Part shown: positions 8,062-14,150 of the stretch, piece after piece | Position numbering within the stretch: the stretch's first letter is position 1 | Layout of the letters: the number at the start of each line of letters is the position of its first letter | NCBI GenBank assembly: GCA_964392445.1 | Contig: CAYMPD010000024.1 | Span: forward strand, 1 to 15,128 | Direction: 5' to 3' | Source: an uncultured archaeon | GTDB lineage: Archaea; Aenigmatarchaeota; Aenigmatarchaeia; CG10238-14 | DNA: 15,128 bases | The notes under the pieces: model-generated | Told to the model about the DNA's origin: nothing | The model's input: only the letters and a program-made list of their open reading frames with translations | Databases searched by the model: none | Made by a program: the position numbers and the translations under genes

Positions 8062-8514
8062 ATGGGAAATAACGCTTTGGGATTTATAGTTAGTCATTTC
8101 TCTTTAGAGAGTTTAGATGATGTTATTTTAAGGATTTCAGCAATTTTAGCACATTTCAAACAGGAGGGATTTCAAGGATATGATGAATCTATAGAAATGG
8201 AAGATATAGTCTCCGAGATAATATCTAGAATTGGACCGGGCTTTTATAAGAGGCCTATCGTCCATTGTTATCATTTTGCTCAATTCTCTAAAGAAATAGG
8301 GATATTTTTTGGTCATGATTGTGAGGTTGTTTATGGAAATCCCGATTATCTTGATGGACACCACCACTCTTTGATACATGATAAAACTTTTGGGGTTTAT
8401 CGAAATGGGTCCATTTACAAGAGAGTATATCAAGAGGGAGAATGGATTTCAATAGAGGATAGTGGAATTGATCGGAATGATGTCCCCGTTGAAATGTTGA
8501 ATTTACGTGATTAA
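8062..8514 (+). CDS. Hypothetical protein, 150 aa (possible transglutaminase/papain-like Cys-His fold)
   Basis: ATG start, protein-like composition, divergent from the 626 aa gene. HCYHFAQ...G...GHHHSLI weakly resembles a Cys-His catalytic spacing. Confidence 0.6.
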   Translation: MGNNALGFIVSHFSLESLDDVILRISAILAHFKQEGFQGYDESIEMEDIVSEIISRIGPGFYKRPIVHCYHFAQFSKEIGIFFGHDCEVVYGNPDYLDGHHHSLIHDKTFGVYRNGSIYKRVYQEGEWISIEDSGIDRNDVPVEMLNLRD

Positions 8515-8595
8515 TTTTTATCTTATATGTAAATTGGGATTTAAAAAATTGATATTAGTTAAACTTAAATTTTTGTCTATTTATCCATTATAATA

Positions 8596-9087
8596 ATGCC
8601 CTCAAAACAAGTAGAAAATAGTGTGGGAATAGCGAGAATACAAGATAGTCCTTTTTTTGGATTAATTAAGGAAATTTTTGGTAGTGAGGAACTTAAAATA
8701 TTGGATGTTGCCTGTGGTTCAGGTACTGATACCCGAAAAGCGCTAGAAAAAGGATTTAATGCTTATGGAATTGATTACGATATTGAAAATATAGGAGTAG
8801 GATATAAGTATTATAAAGATAGAGGTATCTTATTGGACGATTCTGGGCTCCCGAGAATAATATGTGCAGATGTTACGGAACCGATGCCCTTTAGGGATGA
8901 TTCATTCCATGGTATTTATGCTAATGCAGTAATGTGTACTTTCAAAGAAAAAATAATACCCTTTTTTCGAGAAATGGTTAGATTATTAAAGGACGGTGGA
9001 GTTATATACGGGAAATTAGTTTCTGATAAGTTAAAGGAGGCTGATCCATCACTAATACCAGAAGGTCATACCAGAAGAACTTTATAT
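8596..9087 (+). pseudogene. Class I SAM-dependent methyltransferase, 5' part (164 codons), interrupted by the IS200 dimer
   Basis: ILDVACGSGTD (motif I), YGIDYD, ICADVTEPMPFRDDSFHGIYANAV, LLKDGGVIY. The apparent stop TAG (9091-9093) lies inside the IS left end. Confidence 0.85.
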
Positions 9088-9097
9088 ATCTAGATTA

Positions 9098-9136
9098 CCA
9101 CCAGTTTGAGTGAGTGAAACGAACGGAAACTGGTGG
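9098..9136 (+). other. IS left-end hairpin (copy 2 at 9814-9852)
   Basis: CCACCAGTTT...AAACTGGTGG 10 bp stem extended by G.A mismatches to a GAA loop. The putative guide ATTA lies directly 5' (9094-9097). Confidence 0.85.
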
Positions 9137-9278
9137 AACAATGACGTTATCGTTACTAAGAACACTTATTCTAACGTAAAATAAAAAAATAATAGGGAGA
9201 GAATTATCCCTATCATCCACACTTTTAGTTAGTGATAGTTAGATTCTCTTCCTTAAAAAACTTGAGGTGGAAAATTTT

Positions 9279-9707
9279 ATGAAAAGTAAATTTGTTAAAC
9301 GTAGCTCTAGCATTGGAAGACATGAGATGCACATATCTTTCAAGACAAAATATTGCCATAAAGTATTCGAGTATGAAAAAGTTAGAAATCTATGTGAAAA
9401 AATCTTCTTAGAAGTAGCTGAAGAGATGAAAATAGATGTATGTGAAATAGGATTTGATAAAAATCATATACATATGGACATAGACATGGGATTATGGTCT
9501 GTAGTTCAAATTGCAAAAAAATTCAAAGGAACATCAGGACGAAAAATACTAGATACATTCCCTCGAATAAAAAAGAAATATTTTTGGGGATCAGGTTTTT
9601 GGAGTCCTGTAGTATATTTCGATAGTGTTGGGAACAATAGAGATTACATAAGAAAATACGTCAGAGAACAAGGAAAACAGCTAAAGATAAAAGAATTTCT
9701 GAATTAA
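9279..9707 (+). CDS. tnpA: IS200/IS605-family Y1 transposase TnpA, copy 1
   Basis: HISFKTKY, HUH motif NHIHM, KFKGTSGR, FWSPVVYFDSVG and catalytic YVREQ. ATG 9279 follows GAGGTG (9264-9269); the ORF-track GTG start lies inside that RBS. Confidence 0.95.
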   Translation: MKSKFVKRSSSIGRHEMHISFKTKYCHKVFEYEKVRNLCEKIFLEVAEEMKIDVCEIGFDKNHIHMDIDMGLWSVVQIAKKFKGTSGRKILDTFPRIKKKYFWGSGFWSPVVYFDSVGNNRDYIRKYVREQGKQLKIKEFLN

Positions 9708-9793
9708 AGCGAGCCCCCGAGCGAACTTAGTGAGCGAGCATGCCACCAGTCTATAGCGAGTGAAACGAGCGTTGACTGGTGGTGGGGCGAGCT
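9708..9793 (+). other. IS right-end structured region (copy 2 at 10424-10509)
   Basis: Hairpin CCACCAGTC...GACTGGTGG (9743-9782), hairpin 9718-9738 and outer stem 9708-9717/9784-9793. The putative guide CATG is at 9739-9742. Confidence 0.8.
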
Positions 9794-9803
9794 ATTGTTT
9801 GAC

Positions 9804-10519
9804 ATCTAGATTACCACCAGTTTGAGTGAGTGAAACGAACGGAAACTGGTGGAACAATGACGTTATCGTTACTAAGAACACTTATTCTAACGTAAAATAA
9901 AAAAATAATAGGGAGAGAATTATCCCTATCATCCACACTTTTAGTTAGTGATAGTTAGATTCTCTTCCTTAAAAAACTTGAGGTGGAAAATTTTATGAAA
10001 AGTAAATTTGTTAAACGTAGCTCTAGCATTGGAAGACATGAGATGCACATATCTTTCAAGACAAAATATTGCCATAAAGTATTCGAGTATGAAAAAGTTA
10101 GAAATCTATGTGAAAAAATCTTCTTAGAAGTAGCTGAAGAGATGAAAATAGATGTATGTGAAATAGGATTTGATAAAAATCATATACATATGGACATAGA
10201 CATGGGATTATGGTCTGTAGTTCAAATTGCAAAAAAATTCAAAGGAACATCAGGACGAAAAATACTAGATACATTCCCTCGAATAAAAAAGAAATATTTT
10301 TGGGGATCAGGTTTTTGGAGTCCTGTAGTATATTTCGATAGTGTTGGGAACAATAGAGATTACATAAGAAAATACGTCAGAGAACAAGGAAAACAGCTAA
10401 AGATAAAAGAATTTCTGAATTAAAGCGAGCCCCCGAGCGAACTTAGTGAGCGAGCATGCCACCAGTCTATAGCGAGTGAAACGAGCGTTGACTGGTGGTG
10501 GGGCGAGCTATTGTTTGAC
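9804..10519 (+). mobile_element. IS200/IS605-family element, 716 bp, copy 2 (head-to-tail with copy 1)
   Basis: Same sequence as copy 1; abuts it at TTTGAC|ATCTAG. Confidence 0.9.
9995..10423 (+). CDS. tnpA: IS200/IS605-family Y1 transposase TnpA, copy 2
   Basis: Identical translation to copy 1. Confidence 0.93.
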   Translation: MKSKFVKRSSSIGRHEMHISFKTKYCHKVFEYEKVRNLCEKIFLEVAEEMKIDVCEIGFDKNHIHMDIDMGLWSVVQIAKKFKGTSGRKILDTFPRIKKKYFWGSGFWSPVVYFDSVGNNRDYIRKYVREQGKQLKIKEFLN

Positions 10520-10684
10520 AGGGTACTAAGGGAAGGATTAGTTATGGGATATACTGATACTCAACTAAAGAGATTATTCTATGAGGGGGGCTTCCGAAAT
10601 ACTGAAGTAGAATATAGAGAGGATAACGAGTTTCCAGGTTTAATGTCTTGGCTAGAATGTAAAGCTTATGTTAGAAAAAATTGA
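10520..10684 (+). pseudogene. Class I methyltransferase, 3' remnant (54 codons plus stop)
   Basis: Hand translation gives RVLREGLVMGYTDTQLKRLFYEGGFRNTEVEYREDNEFPGLMSWLECKAYVRKN*. The Y-T-x-x-x-L-x-x-L-F-x-x-x-G-F segment is typical of class I MTase C-termini. It is in frame with 8596-9087 once the IS dimer is removed. Confidence 0.8.
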
Positions 10685-10768
10685 ATGTCTTTATAATTCT
10701 TTTTTTAGGGAAATATTACAAATATCCTACAACTCGTAAATTTTCTGATTAACTAATTATAGAATCGA

Positions 10769-12163
10769 CTAAATTTCAGTTAATATAGGAAAATTATCTA
10801 TCTTATATATTTCTTCTTTATTTGGGTCTATATTAATGAGATCCTTCCAGGCTTCTCTAGGAATAATATGTTTTTCTTCTTGTTCTTTTGATTTAAAAAC
10901 CATCTCCAATGGATAAGGATCTTTTAATTTTAAGTTAAATTCTTTTGGGTTATCCGCCATATAACTACCCTTGGTTGCTCTATATTTGGAAAAAAGTACA
11001 CTATCTAGAATTCCTTTATTCTCTTTAAGAAATTTTATTGTTTCCTGTAAATCCCCTTCTGTTTCTATGGGTAAGCCAGTTATTAGGTAACTAACGGTCC
11101 TTATACCTGCTTTTTTTGCATTTGATAGATTCTTTTTAACAACATCTAATTCTATATCCTTATCTATTTTCTTTAAAATCTTCTGAGAACCTGATTCGAT
11201 ACCTATCCAGAGAAAAGAACAGCCACTTTTTTTGAGTTTTTTCATGACCTTTAATGTCATTTCAGGTCTAACAACGCACATACCACCCCAAAGAACATTA
11301 ATTTTCCTTTTTTGTATTATATGGCACATTTTAAGTAGATCATTTATATTATGATTTATAAGACAATCATTGAATCTGAATATTTTAATATTATATTTTT
11401 TCCTAAGATATTCAATCTCCTTTACTACTCTCTCTGGATTTTTTTTCCTGAAATCCCCCCAAATACTTTTCTCAGAGCAGAATCTACATTTTTTTATACA
11501 ACTTCTACTCCCCTCTATTGATAGAATTCTGGTCCCAACCCTAAAATTGAGATAATCTTCTATTTTATTTTTATTGTAATTGGGAATTGGTATATCTTTA
11601 TAATTTATTTTGATTTTAGCCACCTTCAGAGGAACTTCAAATAACTCCTGACCCAAAAACAATTGATCGATACTGGGAAATCTTTTTCTAAACAAATCTA
11701 AGTGTTTCTTTCCATAAAAGTAAAACTTACTTCCCCCTAAATATATTTTAGTGTCTATCTCTCTTTTTAATTCCTTAGAAATATTATCTATCCAGGCTAA
11801 TGAACTTAAACTGCTTCGAAAATAATGAAAATTGAAATAAATTAAATCTGGTTCCTCTTTTATTCTTTCTCTAATCCAATTTTTCCTTATGGATTCATAT
11901 TTCTTTAGTAGATCTAAAATATAATTTTCGTTATGTTCAAAATCAAGTATCCTACCAATTGTATAATAAAATCTCAGGTCATCAGGAAAAATTTCTCTTA
12001 TTTTTTTCTCAAAATCCTCAATAAAAAGATTCATTAATTCTATATTGGGTTCCAATACAGTTACCTCATGACCTTCATCCTCGAATATCGGAACTAATTG
12101 CGGAATATCTAAAGTAGGATATCCTAAGAAACTAATTGGAGGTAAACTCAGATGAATTTTCAA
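10769..12163 (-). CDS. Cobalamin (B12)-binding domain radical SAM enzyme (class B methyltransferase-like)
   Basis: IEGSRSCIKKCRFCSE (CxxxCxxC), FRFND, GIESGSQKIL, SYLITGLP. The N-terminal B12-binding-like region includes PDLIYF...KIYLGGS. Start set at TTG 12163 (MKIHLSLPP) after GGAGGGCGGAG; the ORF track starts at 12217. Confidence 0.85.
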   Translation of the reverse strand: MKIHLSLPPISFLGYPTLDIPQLVPIFEDEGHEVTVLEPNIELMNLFIEDFEKKIREIFPDDLRFYYTIGRILDFEHNENYILDLLKKYESIRKNWIRERIKEEPDLIYFNFHYFRSSLSSLAWIDNISKELKREIDTKIYLGGSKFYFYGKKHLDLFRKRFPSIDQLFLGQELFEVPLKVAKIKINYKDIPIPNYNKNKIEDYLNFRVGTRILSIEGSRSCIKKCRFCSEKSIWGDFRKKNPERVVKEIEYLRKKYNIKIFRFNDCLINHNINDLLKMCHIIQKRKINVLWGGMCVVRPEMTLKVMKKLKKSGCSFLWIGIESGSQKILKKIDKDIELDVVKKNLSNAKKAGIRTVSYLITGLPIETEGDLQETIKFLKENKGILDSVLFSKYRATKGSYMADNPKEFNLKLKDPYPLEMVFKSKEQEEKHIIPREAWKDLINIDPNKEEIYKIDNFPILTEI

Positions 12164-12192
12164 ATTCTCCGCCCTCCGAAATTCTAATAGAT

Positions 12193-13530
12193 TTAAATTG
12201 CCTTTTCGGCCATCCAATTAAGTAATAATTTGCAGTGTTTACAAAAGTCATCGTCAAGTTCCCATATATCCCCTTTCTTTTGAAAAGCCTCATATAAACA
12301 ACCTCCACCACATATACCCATACCAATGCAATCTTTGCATTTCTCCATGTTTATTGGGGATCTATATATCCATTCCTTGATTATTTCTGATTTTTCAATC
12401 TTTTGAATGATATTTTTGTCTTTTATATTACCTACTATAAAATCTCCATTTTGGACAGCAACATGACATGGTGAAACATCACCAGTTGTAGATATAGCTA
12501 ATTCAGCTCCACATGCTGAACAATCATGAAAATAAGGCTTCTCAGTTATAAAAGATCTAATTTTTCTCATAATTCTATCTTCGTAATTCCTCTCTGTTGG
12601 TCTTTTTTTCATTCCTTCAAATGCATCTATTATTTTTTGAGTAGCTCTTTCCACTGGAGGTTTTGATGGGTGATTATAAGGTATATTCCTCATAACATTA
12701 AATGCTAAATTTTTGGAACTAAAATTATCTAGGAAATAACTTGGTAATCTTTCAAGAATATCTAAATTATGATTACCAACGGTACAAGATATACTTGGTG
12801 TGATTCCATATTCTTTTAGAATTTTAATTCCTCTTACTACATCCTCCCAAGTCCCCTCGTTATTTTTGTAAATCCTCATTTTGTCATTAACATCTTTATT
12901 ACCATCTAGGGAAATAACGACATCTATATTATTATCTTTGAAAAATCTCCCTATCTCATCTGTGATTAAAGAACCATTAGTTACTATTGAAATGGTCAAA
13001 GGCTTTTTATTGAATTGGCCTACTGATTTGAGTTTTTCTGCATATTTAGTGACAGATTTTAATGTTTCATAATTACATAGTGGTTCTCCCCCATAGAAAG
13101 TAATTTTGTAAGATTTTGAATTTTTATCTTTGACTTGAGAAAAAATTTTAACAGCCCTCTTTCCAATTTCAGGAGTCATATCTGTTATTTTAGAAGGTTT
13201 GATTTCCTTTTCAAAGCAGTACTTACAATCAAAATTACATTCGGTAGTTATGTTAAGATATAATATTCTGAAGTGGGGTTTAAATTCTCTTCTTTCATTC
13301 ATCTTTTTAATATAAATCTCTTCATCAAAATTTTTCGGGATGATGAATTTACCCTCTATTAATAAATCTAAAGGGAGACCATCCATAGGAATTTCATTTT
13401 CTATATTATCTAAAATTTCAATAACTTTTTTATTGACTTTTAATTTATTAAGAAATAAAGAATGATAAAGGAGAAAGTCATCTCCAAATCTAAAGTTAAA
13501 AGTAAATCTGGATTTTTTGTGTTCAGTCAC
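12193..13530 (-). CDS. Radical SAM/SPASM peptide maturase with probable N-terminal RiPP recognition element
   Basis: LNITTECNFDCKYCFE (C98/C102/C105), FYGGEP, VTNG, ISLDG. SPASM motif C-x9-G-x4-C...C-x2-C-x5-C-x3-C-x18-C. An ~85 aa N-terminal extension has a three-strand-then-helix pattern. Confidence 0.9.
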   Translation of the reverse strand: MTEHKKSRFTFNFRFGDDFLLYHSLFLNKLKVNKKVIEILDNIENEIPMDGLPLDLLIEGKFIIPKNFDEEIYIKKMNERREFKPHFRILYLNITTECNFDCKYCFEKEIKPSKITDMTPEIGKRAVKIFSQVKDKNSKSYKITFYGGEPLCNYETLKSVTKYAEKLKSVGQFNKKPLTISIVTNGSLITDEIGRFFKDNNIDVVISLDGNKDVNDKMRIYKNNEGTWEDVVRGIKILKEYGITPSISCTVGNHNLDILERLPSYFLDNFSSKNLAFNVMRNIPYNHPSKPPVERATQKIIDAFEGMKKRPTERNYEDRIMRKIRSFITEKPYFHDCSACGAELAISTTGDVSPCHVAVQNGDFIVGNIKDKNIIQKIEKSEIIKEWIYRSPINMEKCKDCIGMGICGGGCLYEAFQKKGDIWELDDDFCKHCKLLLNWMAEKAI

Positions 13531-13546
13531 TTTTATCGCTTAATTT

Positions 13547-13705
13547 CTAATCACAATGACAGCAGTCACAATTACATGCAGCACCTATTTCCCTCGATCC
13601 TGGTAATTTTATTTCCCCATAAAGCCTCTGAGTTAACAGCCCCATATCTATTTTTGTTACATATGGTAGTTCTAAACTTGGTACATAATCTCTCTTGTTT
13701 TCCAT
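13547..13705 (-). CDS. Putative RiPP precursor peptide, 52 aa, Cys-rich C-terminal core
   Basis: Not in the ORF track. Hand translation gives MENKRDYVPSLELPYVTKIDMGLLTQRLYGEIKLPGSREIGAACNCDCCHCD*. ATG start, TATA box 23-30 nt upstream, stop 16 nt before the rSAM/SPASM start. Confidence 0.82.
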   Translation of the reverse strand: MENKRDYVPSLELPYVTKIDMGLLTQRLYGEIKLPGSREIGAACNCDCCHCD

Positions 13706-13727
13706 GTTATTGGATTGGCACCACAAA

Positions 13728-13735
13728 TATTTAAA
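13728..13735 (-). promoter_or_regulatory. TATA box for the precursor-rSAM operon (probably leaderless transcript)
   Basis: TTTAAATA on the minus strand, 23-30 nt upstream of ATG 13705. Confidence 0.65.
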
Positions 13736-13752
13736 GTTAACCGTAATATCCT

Positions 13753-13760
13753 TTTAAATA
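13753..13760 (+). promoter_or_regulatory. TATA box for the phosphohistidine-domain gene (probably leaderless transcript)
   Basis: TTTAAATA on the plus strand, 23-30 nt upstream of ATG 13783. Confidence 0.65.
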
Positions 13761-13782
13761 ACTTGCTATTTATTTTTAATTT

Positions 13783-14136
13783 ATGACTATCTATGAGTGG
13801 CAAAAAATCGGTAGGGGAACACCGGCATCTATTGGAAAAGTTGAAGGAACTGCTACCTTGTTATATGATTCCTCAGAAGCTCCTTCTTTTCCTAAGGGGA
13901 ATATTTTGGTCGCTAGAAGGACATCTCAAGATTATGTACTTGCTATTTTTGCAGCTTCTGGTATAGTGACTGAGAGAGGAGGTGTAACTTCTCATGCAGC
14001 GACCATATCTAGGGAGATTAATTTACCTTGCATAGTTGGATGTTCTGGAATAATGGATGATTTAAAAACTGGAGATTATTTGAAAATAGATTGTAATACT
14101 GGAGAAGTTTACAGGAGAGTAGAGATTGAAAATTAA
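13783..14136 (+). CDS. Stand-alone PEP-utilising enzyme mobile (swivelling phosphohistidine) domain protein
   Basis: GTPASIGKVEG, GNILVARRT, GIVTERGGVTSHAATISREINLPCIVG, LKTGDYLKIDCNTGEV. Contains the GGxTSHAA phospho-His signature and no other domains. Confidence 0.9.
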   Translation: MTIYEWQKIGRGTPASIGKVEGTATLLYDSSEAPSFPKGNILVARRTSQDYVLAIFAASGIVTERGGVTSHAATISREINLPCIVGCSGIMDDLKTGDYLKIDCNTGEVYRRVEIEN

Positions 14137-14150
14137 TGAGGTGAGTATAA

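Larger units (their letters stand above)
9088..9803 (+). mobile_element. IS200/IS605-family element (tnpA only, IS200-like), 716 bp, copy 1
   Basis: Y1 HUH transposase flanked by subterminal hairpins (9098-9136 and 9743-9782). No terminal inverted repeats and no target duplication. Preceded by ATAT and ends in TGAC. Confidence 0.92.
9088..10519 (+). repeat. Direct tandem repeat, 2 x 716 bp
   Basis: 9088-9803 repeats at 9804-10519 (offset 716). Encoded proteins are identical and no nucleotide differences were seen by eye in the ends and leader. Confidence 0.95.

Noticed and set aside
9708-9803. tnpB or omega-RNA cargo
   Set aside because: Only 96 nt lie between the tnpA stop and the right end, and no RuvC ORF is present.
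9088-10519. CRISPR array or REP/MITE array suggested by recurring GAGTGAAACGA and CCACCAGT motifs
   Set aside because: The motifs are IS end hairpins. There are no regularly spaced repeats with unique spacers and no cas genes.
8596-10684. Class I methyltransferase as a RiPP tailoring enzyme
   Set aside because: It is convergent with the rSAM operon, has separate transcription and is currently disrupted. Only proximity supports a link.
13547-13705. Simple unmodified metallothionein
   Set aside because: Cys is confined to the last nine residues behind a 43 aa Cys-free leader and the gene heads an rSAM/SPASM operon. Metal binding by the product is not excluded.
13462-13734. 90 aa plus-strand ORF in the track
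   Set aside because: It is antisense to the precursor peptide and the rSAM start, has a TTG-type start without RBS, and no protein-like motif. The minus-strand peptide has ATG, a TATA box and operon context.
14136-14150. Stop-codon readthrough or selenocysteine from the overlapping ATG at 14136 (ATG AGG TGA GTA TAA)
   Set aside because: There are two in-frame stops including TAA, and the TGA is part of the GAGGTGA ribosome-binding site.
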